A stretch of DNA of 63,445 nt, filler included, from Octopus bimaculoides (lineage: Eukaryota): NCBI RefSeq assembly GCF_001194135.2. It is 7 parts of 5 records of this genome, joined end to end, with 100 filler letters (N's around TTAATTAATTAA, not from the genome) between each part and the next. Parts side by side here need not be neighbours in the genome. Positions count along the whole stretch, not along the records: positions 29,567 to 59,081 come from NC_068985.1; positions 59,182 to 62,081 come from NC_068993.1; positions 62,182 to 63,445 come from NC_068984.1; 4 more parts are not named here. The stretch is one strand, 5' to 3'. The position numbers and the translations under genes are program-made. This document shows positions 49,481-63,445 of this stretch, one piece after another. The number at the start of each line of letters is the position of its first letter. Within the stretch, counting starts at the first letter, position 1. The notes under the pieces are model-generated. The model worked only from the letters and a program-made list of their open reading frames with translations, was not told the origin of the DNA and made no database searches.

Positions 49481-49714
49481 AACATAAATATTCTCAATTT
49501 AGGTAGAAGGTCAGCAATTTCTGCGGTAGGAGAGAGGTTTAGTCAATGACATCGACACCAGCGCCCAAAAGGTTCCATATTTCATAACGCCCAGGAGGGC
49601 TAAAAGTTGAAGTTGACCACGGTAAGATCAAAAAGCACAGCACTTTATCCAACTCCCTAATGACTCTGATGACGATTCTGAGGAAGGTATATTTATATAT
49701 TTTTTTTTATTATT

Positions 49715-49885
49715 CGTTTCAATCATTTGACTGCGGCCATGCTGGAGCACCGCCTTTAGTCGAACAAATCGACCCCAGGACTTATTCTTTGTTAGCCTAG
49801 TACTTATACTATCGGTCTCTTTTGCTGAACCGCTTAGTTACAGGGTACATAAACACACCAGTATCGGTTGTCAAGCGATGTTGGG
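49715..49885 (-). mobile_element. SINE family A 3' half
   Basis: TTTCAATCATTTGACTGCGGCCATGCTGGAGCACCGCC...CGGTTGTCAAGCGATG. Confidence 0.85.
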
Positions 49886-49889
49886 GAGA

Positions 49890-49925
<36 letters not shown>

Positions 49926-51041
49926 NNNNNNNNNNNNNNNNNNNNNNNNNNNNNNNCCAATGAATATCTAATTATCATCATATGTAAGACCTTTGTCTTC
50001 GTATCTACAATTGTCTTAGCCACGTTATGTTTTTATTTTATATTATATACCGTATTTGATGGCATTTGAATTTTTTCTTTTTTTTTTTTTTAATTCAATA
50101 AGGATGTCTCAAAAAATCACTCCGAATCCTGTCTGAGAAGTAACCCCATTTTAATGCTCTAAAATGCTCTTTCCTGAAGTTGCGCTACTGAAATTGAAGT
50201 GCATCTAATATACCAGTACGTCTTTTTATGCCAACAATATGGCGTATATTATAATTTTAATGTCACCGTTTCTAACAGACTGGAAATCAGAAAGAATGAG
50301 AAGGAAAATATTGGATTTGAAACAAGAAGTCAGATTACTGCCACGTCCACGAGATTTTTCATTTTCGTTTTTTCGTTTTCTATTAAAACCAACGTAAGTT
50401 TGGATTCTTGTTATTAGCAATTTTGATGTCGATGACGTCGTCTTGGCTATCCTCGTTGTTGCTGTTGTGGTTGTTATTATTGTCAATCACGATCTAATCC
50501 CCAGCAGGAGTAAAACACCTTCAGCATTTGCAATGCTATCCTAATTTAACTACGTCTTTTAGTTGTTGCGTATGTTCATTGTAATTTATGTTTGATAGCC
50601 ATACCCTTTCCCCACCGTGTTCTCTGCTTATACATATACATATATATATATATACATTTACAAACACACACACACAGGCACATATATATATATATATTCC
50701 CATCAGTTGGTTAAGCACTGACAAGCATCAAATCTAAAGTAAACAGCAGTAGTATCTTCATTATCAATATTCAAAGCTGAAACGACGCTTCCAGCAAAAT
50801 ATATTTCATGTAGAGTTTCTTTAAAAAACCGCTCTATGATTATCATTATAAACATATATACGTATGTAAATATGTATGTATGTATGTATATTGTGTATGA
50901 GCAGGGTGAGTGAAGGATTATATATTACATATATCATTTAAAATCTATGTATATACTTATAAAAAAATATATATTTATCTCGAACGCTCCGCTGGATATC
51001 TGCATTTTTTCATCTAGACGTATATTTGTATACGCATACAT

Positions 51042-51089
<48 letters not shown>

Positions 51090-53149
51090 NNNNNNNNNNT
51101 ACACACATGCATACATACATACATGTCATCATGAAAACACATATATACATATATATATATAATTACATGCACAGGAATATGCACTTGCACACACATACAC
51201 TTACTCATGTATTCTACACACACACATACATACACACACACATATGCTATATATACATGCTATATATATATATATATATCATAAACACTAGGAAGAGAGC
51301 AAGAAAACGTAAGCTAAGAAGATGTGTTTGCAGCAAATTAGCTATTGTCAGAGAAACTCTTTAAAGAAACATAAACACAGAAAAGGGAAAGAAGAAAAAA
51401 GAGAAACGGGAAAGAAATCCATAGTTAACGTCCACTGACAAATGATTCCAGAAATATATTAGAAGAAAATGGCGGTGCTGTATTTATCTACGACTACTTG
51501 GTATGCATAACGACACGTGTATGTTCCACATTTCATTTCGTGTATTTTTCCAGCTTATTTATCTTTATGTATTCGATGCATATTTAAACCTTTGCAAATT
51601 TAAAGATGCTTTCCTCGATGAATTTCGTTTATACTCATAGGATTTTTTCTCTCAAATTACTTCTCCCAAGTTCAAAGCTTGACAAAATCGACTTATAACG
51701 TTCGTCCGCTATTTCTACTATCTTTTTTTTTTTTTGACGGAAGATGAAATAAATAATTTCTGTTACCAGAAATATTCTAGGAGACATAAATGGAATTTAT
51801 TTTCTTCGGAACTGTTTGATGTTACCGCTTTCAGATCATCGTTATATGTTTTTAAATAATTTTCATATGAAATGCAATTGCAAATAATAGCTTCGCCAGA
51901 TCTTTGATGTGCTGAGAGAAATCCAGAGAATTAACCCATTGTTCTCCATAGCTCAAATACACTACTAATGGGAAGAATTAATTGGAAGCTTCTTAGTTTA
52001 ACGTGAAAGAACAAGAGAAGGGTATTCAACCGGCTGTGTAGAAGGATTAACGCAAATAGAAATTGATATTTGCTCGAAATCTCATTCTTGTTTCCAAAAC
52101 ACTATACATGGTTGCATTTCTTCTTGGTACATCTGTTCATGTAGCAGTTTATTTTGTGTATTGTTATGTTTTAGTGTTCTATTTCGACAGAGGTATGTGC
52201 AATAGAATGATTTAGCGTTTGTCCAATCGTTTAGGAGTAATAGTGACTCGTGATAAATAGACAACAAGATGGAAGTCGAAGGTTTGGTTTCACCATAATC
52301 ATTGTACACGATTTTGTGGAAAGTAAATCGAGAAGGAAAGCCACACCATTTCAACATTTGCGTAGAATCTAGAATCTAGAATCAAGAGAACCAATAATTT
52401 ATTAAATGTAAGCAGGCGTTAAACAGGGAACGTTTATGTTCTGTTAAAATGAATGCAATATCTACTAGAAACAGTAGGATGTGCTGTAAATCTTAAAGCA
52501 TACTAGCCAATGTATATGGTCGATGTTCAGCTTTAATTGGTCAAGACAGGCGATAAATAGCAGCCAAATCATCCTCAAATTACTTACAATATTCTAAAAA
52601 GGAAAGATACATAGTATAATCTAGTTTCACACAAACAATGATAACAATAGAGAATTAACAGTTATTTATACGAAAAAATTCGAAGGTTTACTTTTTCCAT
52701 TTAAGCGCAGTTTTCGTCCGCTTAATTTGTTATAAAAGGTTTACAATTCATCTGAGAGTTTTCAGTAAGCCCGACCATTATATAAACGAAAGCGAGCTAA
52801 AACATTCTCTTCTCTCTACTCACCTGACATTCGTGAAATGAACCAAAACACTGCGCCAACGACGGGAATTTTTAATTCGATATTTTGCTTTGTTTTGCAA
52901 TAAAATTGCGTTCTCCTCCACCCAGCATATTGAAATATAAGAGGTTCAATACGACATTACGAAATTATATAAAGTTAAATCAAATTTGAAAACATGTTTG
53001 AGCGAGAATAGTAACACCAAACTATTATTTAGCAGGCATGATAGTAGACGCTGTAGTTTTTAAACTCAACCAAAGGAGAGAGGGGTGGAGAGAAAATGAT
53101 GGAAGGATGAAAAGATAACCTGTGCATTAAAGAGTTTAATATCATGCAG

Positions 53150-53370
53150 TACCCTGCCTCTTCTAACAAGAGCCGTGATACGCGAAACATCCGTGATTGT
53201 CTCTGACCATCACTTACTCCAAACGGTTGAGTAAAATATTGCTTGAAATCCGCACAGATGTGCTTGGAATTGAGTGGCACACGTTTGTCCTGATCCGTTA
53301 AAATCCACGTCGCGCCTCCACCACCTGTGTGTCCATGGAACTCTTTTCGTTCCACCTTCTTGCAGCACAT
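53150..53370 (-). pseudogene. Possible L1/Tx1-like ORF2 linker fragment
   Basis: LTDQDKRVPLNSKHICADFKQYFTQPFG...SRLLLEEAGYC resembles the EN-RT linker (YF..LF...P.L..EEA); no catalytic motif seen. Confidence 0.35.
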
Positions 53371-54493
53371 GAGCTAGAGTCCATGCACTATAACGAACCA
53401 CCATTATCAATAGTGGTTCGTAGAAGCATTTCTTTGGAAGATTTTAAATCCATAGACTACCTTTGATTTTCGTAATGGAAGTTATTCTCATTCTTATTAC
53501 TTTACAATTCTTAGTATTTCAACTTGCAAGGGCGTTGGGTTGGCAGAATAGACAGAATCCCGAAAAAAATATTTTATGGTGTTTAGATTCAATTCTTTAA
53601 ATCTAAGATCAAATCTGAGCGAAATTCATTTAGCCTCACGCCCTCTGAGTTTGGTAAAACAGATTAACAGTGACGTACTGGAGCTGATTTAATCGATTAT
53701 ACTCCAACACCAATCAATTCAAATGTAAAAATCAAAATTTTATCTAGTCAGGGACTGAAGATCCGCTAGAACATTGGATTAAAGCCTGGCGGTATTTAGT
53801 TGCACCGCTTTACGTTCCGAGATCTTTGGAGGCGAAATTTACTTTTTATATTTCAGAAGAATATAAAATAGAGTTCTAGATAATAATTGAAATAGATTTA
53901 ATCGCTTGTTCCCCTACCTTGTAATATGTGGTATTTTTCCTTTATTAGAAGTAAAATTTCATTTTGTAATAAAGACAAAACATTTGCACAAAACCACAGT
54001 CTTGTTTCGAAATTTACGTATTTTCGCGATCCTGGTTTATTGAATGATTCTCATATTATTGCTTGAACACAGACTAGAGAAATAATCGACATCTATGGAT
54101 ATCGAAATCACAAGTTATAACTTATTACCGCAAACCTTTTCTCTCGTTCTACTGATTATGCCACACTTCGTCATGTTTGACTTCAAATAATTAACAACGT
54201 TTTACATTTACAGAATGCCGTGAATTGAAGTTGGGGAGGAGTTAATCAAGACCGCTTCTTGAATGATACTGCTTTTAATGATTTTCGAGGGATTAAAGAC
54301 AAAGTCAACCCAGCAAAGTTTGAATACGGAGCACAAAGGGAAGCAGCAAATATCCTCCCAGGTAATCATTTTTCTCCACTACCAATTCTGTCATTTCTTC
54401 ATCACCGTCGTAATAATATACAAATATGTGAGATTTCTTGTATGAATTTTATACGAGTCAATCTTCTATTATTTATTGTTGTTGTTGTAGTTG

Positions 54494-54524
<31 letters not shown>

Positions 54525-55374
54525 TGTTGTTCTTGTTGTTGTTAGTTCAACCAAAATTATTGCTACAATTATTCCTTGATGTTACCGAGACAGAATTTTG
54601 CTTGAATTTAATTGCTGCCATTTTATTTTAATAATATTTATTTATTTATCTATTTATTTCAATTCATTTTTTTTTTCTTCTCATTCTCTTCCTATGATCA
54701 TTATTGTTTTAACTGCATCATTCCAAATTTAAATGCGATTTTCCAATACAAATGGCTGGAATAAGGCGAATGAACGAGAGTAGTAAACAGAAACTATGGT
54801 AACCAATATAGTTATCGTTGCTCGGATGAAATAGCCAAGATAAAGGCAAAAGAAAGATCCAGAAATTTTTATCTTTTCTCCTATTCTGAGTCTATAAAAA
54901 AACTCCAATGCTGCCAATTAAGTACAATAGGAAATACGAATACGTTTCCAAATCTGTGCATACCGTCAACATAGACACACAGGTACGTACGTATACACAT
55001 TCATATACTCACAGTATGCACCACACTTACAAGACATAACATGCACATGATCATACATTCGCTGGTATTTCACATTCTCTATCTTTGGCTCACACCCTAC
55101 GGTCTTTCAATCTCGTTCTTCTCTCTCTGTAAATATGTGTGTGTGTGTGTGTGTTGTGTGTGTTGTGTGTGTGTGCTTGAACGTATGTGTATTTGTAAGC
55201 ATATATGTGGATACACATACACATATGAGTTCGTGTTTATGTGTCTGTGTACAAAGATTTTCCTGCCGCGTCTGTGTGTGCGTGCGAGCGTGTAAGTGCG
55301 TGCGTGCGTGCGTGTATAAGCGCACACACGATGAAAGGAAAAGAATGAATAGAAAGAGAATTTTATTATGTGAG

Positions 55375-55382
55375 CGAGAGAC

Positions 55383-55413
<31 letters not shown>

Positions 55414-55500
55414 GACAGACAGATAGACAGACAGACAGAGACAGACAGACAGACAGAGACAAACAGACAGAGAGACAGACAGACAGACAGACAGATGGGC
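55375..55500. repeat. (GACA)n array
   Basis: Direct sequence. Confidence 0.9.
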
Positions 55501-55783
55501 AGAAAGCAGACAGACACAAAGAGACAGGATGGGGCGTTATCGGAGCACCGGGAACACATCGCATTTAAGTTTATAACGACATAAAGCGGAGATGAAAAAA
55601 AAAGTGCATTGTTGGAAGTTCACTGACTTCACTACATCGGAGATCACCATCTGCTGTTACCCTGTTGCTATAGGCTTATTTACATCCACCGAATCTCTTT
55701 TTAATGTTTCAGTTGTTTACCCCTATACATTTACACTCGGATCTACTGTTAATATTAATGTTATTGTTGTTGTTGTTGTTGTT

Positions 55784-55855
<72 letters not shown>

Positions 55856-55864
55856 GTTGTTGTT

Positions 55865-56246
<382 letters not shown>

Positions 56247-56342
56247 CGTCGTCGTCGTCGTCGTCGTCATCGCCGTCGTCATCCTTGTTCTTGTCTTTGC
56301 TGATGACGATGATGATGTTGCTTTTTGTTATTATTGCTAAAG

Positions 56343-56522
56343 CGGTTAGCTGGCAGAATCGTTAGCACACTGGGTGAAAAACTTAGTCGCTACGTTCTGA
56401 GTTCAAATTCTACCGACGTTAACTTTGCCTTTCATCCTTTCGGGGTCGGTAAATTAAGCACCAGTAATCGACCAGTCCCCTTCCCACACATTTCAGGCCT
56501 TGTGCCTCCAGTAGAAAGGAAT
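56343..56522 (+). mobile_element. SINE family C
   Basis: AGCTGGCAGAATCGTTAGC...CCTTGTGCCTCCAGTAGAAAGGAAT. Confidence 0.85.
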
Positions 56523-56539
56523 ATTATTATTATTATGTT

Positions 56540-56985
56540 GTTTTTTTCCTTCTTTCTTCAAGTTTTCTTCCATTTCTCGCAGAGTGTTTTCCGTACACCT
56601 AGGGCAGAGAAGCTCATTATTTGCATTCCCAGTTTACACACACAAATTCACAGGTAAAATATGTATTTAAAAAAAATTAATAAATAAATAAATTCATGAA
56701 TGGATGTTGTTTTTACACCAATAATGCTCTTCTCAGTACATGTGTCTTTCCAGTTAAGACGATTTTTTGCACTTCCTGTAGGGATGGTAAGCCTGGTATC
56801 ATTTTCAAATAGGTTTCAGTACATTTTTAAAATCATTCCTAGGGATCCTACAATCACTGGTATAGTAGTCGCCTTGAGGTGCCACATTTTTTCAATTTCT
56901 ATTAACAAGTCTTTATATTTACTGATCTTGTCAAATTCTTTCGCCGCTATATTATGATCGCAAGAAATACTCATGTCAATTAATA
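56540..56985 (-). mobile_element. 5'-truncated R4/Dong-like element covering the RLE domain
   Basis: LIDMSISCDHNIAAKEFDKISKYKDLLIEIEKMWHLKATTIPVIVGSLGMI, one frameshift, then YLKMIPGLPSLQEVQKIVLTGKTHVLRRALLV*; starts at the TAA array ~56986-57025. Confidence 0.85.
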
Positions 56986-57019
56986 AATTATTATTATGAT
57001 TATTATTATTATTATTATT

Positions 57020-57270
57020 ATTATTGATTGAGAGAGCAGTGCATGCCATTAAAGTGACACTGGGGTAAAATATACGAAGCCCATTATACCCATCATGACT
57101 ACCCGTCTGATAAGAGTACACCAGGCACATGCATCACAACCATATGTGCGCGACATGGTTATCTCATATCAATATAACAACGCATGACCTTGCGGGTGGG
57201 GCCCAGTTAGAATTTTCTTGAGATCGAATCCCGCTCAAATGGTCGCTGAATAAGGGTTGTTTAAAGATTC
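57020..57270 (-). mobile_element. Non-coding repeat shared with 45247-45535
   Basis: Reverse-complement alignment by eye over ~250 bp. Confidence 0.8.
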
Positions 57271-57274
57271 CTTT

Positions 57275-57610
57275 GCGAATTCGTTAGCTTCCTTGACAAT
57301 AGAATGTGATTTTTGCTGCTTTCGTGTTTGCACACAAGCTGCAGCATCCAGTTCTCTGTACTAGATAAGTACCTGTTCATTGCTATTGTGGGTGTCTCAT
57401 GGCACAGTTCTACCTGCATCATTCCTCTTCCCCCATTAGTTTAGGTAGGTACAGACGATCATCATCTACTTTTGGGTGGTGCATGTCCTTAGATTTTAGT
57501 AGTGTTTTTGTCTTCCTGTCTAGCATTGGAGCTCTCTAAGATTCTAGTTAACGTTGTTAAAACTGTATTGAACTACTGGAAGAGCTAGGGTTTTAATAGC
57601 GTGAATGGCT
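57275..57610 (-). pseudogene. R4/Dong-like RT C-terminal (thumb) fragment after (TAA)n
   Basis: AIKTLALPVVQYSF...LDRKTKTLLKSKDMHHPKVDDDRLYLPKLMG.RGMMQVE, matching the LDRKT...HHPK.D..RLY.PR..GGRG motif. Confidence 0.85.
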
Positions 57611-57613
57611 TTA

Positions 57614-57659
<46 letters not shown>

Positions 57660-57660
<1 letters not shown>

Positions 57661-57925
57661 GCCGACCAAAGCCTTGTGAGTGGATTTGGTATGTGTGTGT
57701 ATATGTTTGTGTGTCTGTGTTTGTTCCCCACAACATCGCTTGACAACCGATGCTGGTGTGTTTACGTCCCCGTAAGTTAGCGGTTCGGCAAAACAGACTG
57801 ATAGAATAAGTACTAGGCTTACAAAGAATAAGTGCGGGGGTAGGTTTGCTCGACTAAAGGCGGTCCTCCAGCGTGGCCGCAGTTAAATTACTGAAACAAG
57901 TAAAAGAGTAAAAGAATAAAAGAGT
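57660..57925 (+). mobile_element. SINE family A, 5'-truncated
   Basis: GCCGACCAAAGCCTTGTGAG...ACTGAAACAAGTAAAAGAGTAAAAGA. Confidence 0.9.
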
Positions 57926-57936
57926 ATATATTTATA

Positions 57937-58190
57937 CTGGAACTCCAGCTCGTGCATGTGGCTGAGTATTCCAGAAACACGTGTACCCTTAACGTAGTTC
58001 TCAGAGAGATTCAACGTGACACAGAATATGACAAGGCTGACTCTTTGAACTATAGGTACAACTTATTTTTGCCATCTGAGTGGACTGGAGTAACGTGAAA
58101 TAAAGTGTTTTGCTCAAGGACACAACGCGTAGCCTGGAATTGAACTCACGACCTTGCGATCGTAAGCCGAATATCCTAACCACTAAGCCA
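57937..58190 (-). mobile_element. SINE B2 variant
   Basis: Minus GGCTTAGTGGTTAGGATATTCGGC...GAGTTCAATTCC...GTGTCCTTGAGCAAAACACTTT, then the family B module. Confidence 0.8.
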
Positions 58191-58991
58191 TATATATATG
58201 TATGTATATATAAGAAACCAGTTAAAAATACTGGTCATTACATATTATTCCTTCACTGGAGCAAATATGGCTTACAGCTGTTTCTAGTTAAATTTATAGC
58301 TACATTACTTAGAGGTTTACTCAGTTGGTCTGTTGATTAATTGAAACAGATTGTAAGTATGTACGTATGTATGGACACATATAAATACACATAGATACGC
58401 AGAAAGACAGAGAAAGAGAGAGAGTGAAGAGAAAGTGAGAGAGGTCGAATGATACATAGATAAATAGATTAATTGCTACTTGAATACATTGAGCACGTCA
58501 CTTTGTCTTTCATAAAAAGTATTTGTTCATATTTTCCTTTTAGCATTTGAAAACTAATTCTCACCCCAACCTGACCAATATTCGTATCGTCCCCTCTTCA
58601 TATTATGCACCAAATATAATCAGTCTTTCAAATCTTTATAGAGATAGAACAAACAGGACCTTTAATGTTTTCTTTTCCCCCTCCTCTTTCCAACCCCCTT
58701 CTCTCTCCTTCTCATCGATTTATACGTACTCTCTCTTCCTCTAGTTTTTAATCTCTTCTTTTTCTTGTATTTCTCCAACCCCATCCTTAATATGTGTGTA
58801 CATACACACACATGCACGTATGTATGTTTGTATGTATTTATATATGTATCAATCTATCCATCTCTCTTTATATATATGTGTGTGTGTGTGTGCGTAGTTA
58901 TATTTTTTTTACGAAACACACACACATATATATATATACATTTTTATACGTATATATGTATATACATATATACCTGTATATATGTATATAT

Positions 58992-59034
<43 letters not shown>

Positions 59035-59181
59035 TGTATATACGTATATATATAAATATATACATGTGTATTATATATATANNNNNNNNNNNNNNNNNNN
59101 NNNNNNNNNNNNNNNNNNNNNNNNNTTAATTAATTAANNNNNNNNNNNNNNNNNNNNNNNNNNNNNNNNNNNNNNNNNNNN

Positions 59182-59213
<32 letters not shown>

Positions 59214-60334
59214 GCAATAGACATTGAAAAGTTGGAGAGAAGAGCAACAGGAAAGTGAAGCCCTGTGGTTTGGGTAGGATTTGGGGATGGTGAAATGCAG
59301 AAAAATGTAAAGAGAAAGTAAGCAAACAGTAGAAACAGAAAATGAATGGAGTAGATTGTATATTTGTTAAAACATCGCTAATCATTAAAAGTAAATCAAT
59401 AATTTCAATACCCGGAGTAGCATGACCAGAATTTCAATGACTGACATACTAAAACTACTATAAGACTACGACGGGTGTCCAACTAACAAATTGCCATCCA
59501 AATGGGGTGGGCAATAACGAGGATCCGTTTCGAAAAAGAACATCAAAAGCTCGAATCTTTGCGCAGCGGGCTCGAACTTGAAATCACGTGAATGTAGTCC
59601 AACTTCTGGATCACATAGCTATACAGTGGACAATACAGATCCCTAATTATCAAGGTGAAATTAAACTTAATTATAGCTCTACTCACAACACACATTATCT
59701 TCGCCTAAACAACAATACCAATAACATTAGGCTGTTACAGTATTTGTCTCTTGAACTTCATCAAATTATAATGTTTATATCTATTTTCCTCAAATGTAAT
59801 AAATAAACTTTATTTTTTAAATTTATCACTGTTCATATTTAGTTTTATTGCCTTCTTACCGTTGATTCACTCAAGGTCAAGTTCTGTCAAGCAGACATAT
59901 GATTTATACCATTTTATTCTTTACCATCGCAGGTTGTCACTGAGGTCTTAGCAGTAAACATACATTTGATATATACGGATATATGTTGTTGATATGTATG
60001 TATATTATTCCATAGCATTCCTTTCATCGTATACGAGACCCCAGCTGAGATTTGAAACATAACACCCAGGTTTTCCCAGTCTAGAACAACGAAGAAATGT
60101 ATCTTAATAAAAGAAAAGGTGTCGTTATAAAGTTATTAATACCTGCTTGAATATGGCTTGACCGATTACATTGGATGTCTTCTGGATATAGTGGAAAACT
60201 TGAAGGAAATGTGCGAAACCATTCAGTGAGTAAATTGCTTGCGAATTGAGAAGTGCAGACCTGATAAGGCTGGTTTTCAACGAGCTGCCGGAGTGTATCT
60301 GCCTTTGTCACGCATGCCCACCAGCCGTTGACCT

Positions 60335-60490
60335 CTTCCTCCGTTGGGGTCTTGGTGTTGTTGTTTGGTCGTGTTTAGTCTGGGACCTCATCCTCGACCT
60401 TGCCGCCATGGGTGGCCCTACCAGAAGTCTAAAATTCCAGACGGTATCGCTCTCAGAATCATTGGAATAAACAAGCTCTTCCACCACATG
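60335..60490 (+). mobile_element. Possible RTE 5'-UTR-derived fragment
   Basis: CCATGGGTGGCCCTACCAG...CCAGACGGTATCGCTCTCAG...CAAGCTCTTCCACCAC resembles RTE 5' UTR motifs as I recall them; not verifiable within the window. Confidence 0.3.
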
Positions 60491-61526
60491 TATACATGTG
60501 TACATATACATACATACATATTCATGCATACATATATATATATATATTACAAATTAAAAGGGTAAAGGATTATCAATTTATTAATTAATAAATCAATTAA
60601 CAATTAATAATTTTTACCAAGCCCATCGGTATGAAAGCACCATTATTGGTGGAGAACTTATTTAAAAGCTCATATATATTTATAAATATAATTAAGGGAT
60701 CAGCAAATATTTGCTTCACCATATACCGAAGTTCATAAATAGCAGCTAAAAAAGCTGAGAATCTCACAGATAGCATCACTTGTAACTCACAAAAGCAAAA
60801 ACAAGAAGAAAAAAACAATGAAAAACTAACCAAAANNNNNNNNNNNNNNNNNNNNNNNNNNNNNNNNNNNNNNNNNNNNNNNNNNNNNNNNNNNNNNNNN
60901 NNNNNNNNNNNNNNNNNNNNNNNNNNNNNNNNNNNNNNNNNNNNNNNNNNNNNNNNNNNNNNNNNNNNNNNNNNNNNNNNNNNNNNNNNNNNNNNNNNNN
61001 NNNNNNNNNNNNNNNNNNNNNNNNNNNNNNNNNNNNNNNNNNNNNNNNNNNNNNNNNNNNNNNNNNNNNNNNNNNNNNNNNNNNNNNNNNNNNNNNNNNN
61101 NNNNNNNNNNNNNNNNNNNNNNNNNNNNNNNNNNNNNNNNNNNNNNNNNNNNNNNNNNNNNNNNNNNNNNNNNNNNNNNNNNNNNNNNNNNNNNNNNNNN
61201 NNNNNNNNNNNNNNNNNNNNNNNNNNNNNNNNNNNNNNNNNNNNNNNNNNNNNNNNNNNNNNNNNNNNNNNNNNNNNNNNNNNNNNNNNNNNNNNNNNNN
61301 NNNNNNNNNNNNNNNNNNNNNNNNNNNNNNNNNNNNNNNNNNNNNNNNNNNNNNNNNNNNNNNNNNNNNNNNNNNNNNNNNNNNNNNNNNNNNNNNNNNN
61401 NNNNNNNNNNNNNNNNNNNNNNNNNNNNNNNNNNNNNNNNNNNNNNNNNNNNNNNNNNNNNNNNNNNNNNNNNNNNNNNNNNNNNNNNNNNNNNNNNNNN
61501 NNNNNNNNNNNNNNNNNNNNNNNNNN

Positions 61527-61564
<38 letters not shown>

Positions 61565-61856
61565 TGTATGTATTTATGTATGTATATGTACGTGTGTATA
61601 TATATATATGTGAGGAGTTTATACATGTGTTTGTGGATATGAGCATGTATGCTTAAAATTTAATACGATCCTTGTCTACACGCACAACCTACCTCACATC
61701 GTAAGCACCTTGTACAGTATATATTACAAAGTGTTGGAATACTAAATTGGGGGTACCGCTTACACCATTGTTAATACTAATGTGCTAGCACGCAGGCTCA
61801 GTCGGCAGTAAGAACAAACTACTACTGCTACTACTATTACTAAGTCGTAGTAGTAA

Positions 61857-61889
<33 letters not shown>

Positions 61890-62037
61890 AAGCACCGGTG
61901 CACCTTCGTTCCTGACCTGGTCCTCACTTTCTGTTTGGTTCACATTATCAGCGACTCCTGCTGACCTGAGAGTGTCCTCGGAAGTGCTCACTGATACCTT
62001 ATCACTCGAATGGTATGCAATATACGCGAAACATCAG

Positions 62038-62081
<44 letters not shown>

Positions 62082-62290
62082 NNNNNNNNNNNNNNNNNNN
62101 NNNNNNNNNNNNNNNNNNNNNNNNNTTAATTAATTAANNNNNNNNNNNNNNNNNNNNNNNNNNNNNNNNNNNNNNNNNNNNCATATATAAACATATAGTC
62201 AATTCAAAGACAGAGAAAAAGAAAAATCAAACATTTGGACGTGGCACAAGCAATATATATATATATATATATATATGAGTGGCTGTGTAG

Positions 62291-62451
62291 GCGCAGGAGT
62301 GGCTACGTGGTAAGTAGCTTGCATACGAAACACATGGTTCCGGGTTCATTCTCACTGCGTGGCAACTTGGGCAAGAGTCTTCTACTATAGCCTCGGGCCG
62401 ACCAAAGCCTTGTGAGTGGATTTGGTAGACGGAACCTGTAAGAAGCTCGTC

Positions 62452-62504
<53 letters not shown>

Positions 62505-62723
62505 TATGTATGCGTGTGTATATGTTTGTGTGTCTGTGTGTGTCCCCCAACATTGCTTGACAACCGATGGTGGTGTGTTTACGTCCCCGTAACTTAGCGG
62601 TTCGGCAAAAGTTATCGATAGAATAAGTACTAGGCATTCAAAGAATAAAAACTGGGGTCGATTTGTCGACTAAAGGTGGTGCTCCAGCATGGCCGCAGTC
62701 AATGATTGAAACAAGTAAAAGAG
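62291..62723 (+). mobile_element. SINE family A, full length, CpG-retaining
   Basis: Complete head, (TA)n/(TG)n middle and AAACAAGTAAAAGAG tail. Confidence 0.92.
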
Positions 62724-63185
62724 TATATATATATATATATATGTGCATACTCTTCTCTCTTTCGCACCCCCTCTCTCACATTTCTTGGCCCTCTCTTCAT
62801 TTTCACATTCCCTCGTCTTTTACTTCACTCTGTCCCTTTTCATTTTTCTTTCTTTCTCGTCCCTCCCTAATTCTTCTATTATTTTGCCTCTACCTCTAAC
62901 ATTTGTACTTGTGTACCATTTCTCCGATTTTTTCCCGTCCTTGTCTTCGTATACAGTCAGTGATTTCTTCCAAGGAATCTAGTGCTCTTAGCTTAGATTT
63001 TCCTTGGGGGCTAGCCAGATTGGACTAGTCTCGAGTATAACCAACCGAAATCGCAAAGATGACCTGGAACTTGACTGAGGAAAGAAAACTCCGAATGACC
63101 CGACTTTGTTTTTTCTTGTCCCTTTTTGTATCATCTGTCTGGGTATTTTGTTGTCACCTGTTGCGCTTTGTCCCATTTTTTGTAT

Positions 63186-63245
<60 letters not shown>

Positions 63246-63445
63246 GAATTAAAAATGTAACCGCACGTGATTGTTGGCGATCTTGTTCCTTCCTCTTGGA
63301 CATCTCTGTTTATCCTGCTCCGAAGTAGGGGTATACTCGAAATGTCAAACTACTACTCTTTGCCTTCTCTGAGCTAGTACACACTTTCGTTTGTTTTTTA
63401 CTTTTTCTCTGTATTTTTTGAATTGGCTATATATATATATATATA

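Noticed and set aside
52060-52192. Hydrophobic plus-strand frame ending at GTATGT
   Set aside because: Purine-rich putative acceptor; hydrophobicity is expected from T-rich DNA.
54729-54917. 62 aa hydrophobic minus-strand ORF
   Set aside because: No ATG start, no donor, no recognisable family.

Overview
Repeat-dense, AT-rich eukaryotic DNA from a gapped draft assembly. The SINE types and microsatellite load suggest an octopus or other coleoid mollusc, but this is inference, not a search result. The only host gene I recognise is the 3' end of PHF12 (Pf1) on the minus strand: three coding exons (6290-6208, 3203-2919, 500-279) with canonical GT-AG sites and matching phases, encoding the C-terminal FHA-like region and the stop. 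I recognised no upstream PHF12 exon in the remaining ~54 kb, and CpG content changes across the artificial contig join at 8849-8948. The rest is transposon debris: four or more tRNA-headed or modular SINE families (labelled A-D here, my own labels), a rearranged CR1-like LINE, an RTE 3' fragment, at least five R4/Dong-like fragments in (TAA)n arrays, Tc1 and mariner pseudogenes, a mariner-type MITE pair, and Penelope-type hammerhead-like motifs. There is no CRISPR array, rRNA or intact tRNA, and no clearly novel multi-gene system. The best leads are a hammerhead-bearing ~324 bp unit bounded by direct repeats at 25.2-25.5 kb and the stack of TAA-targeted elements at 55.8-57.7 kb. Repeat boundaries are by eye (about +/-20 bp); exon coordinates were indexed base by base.
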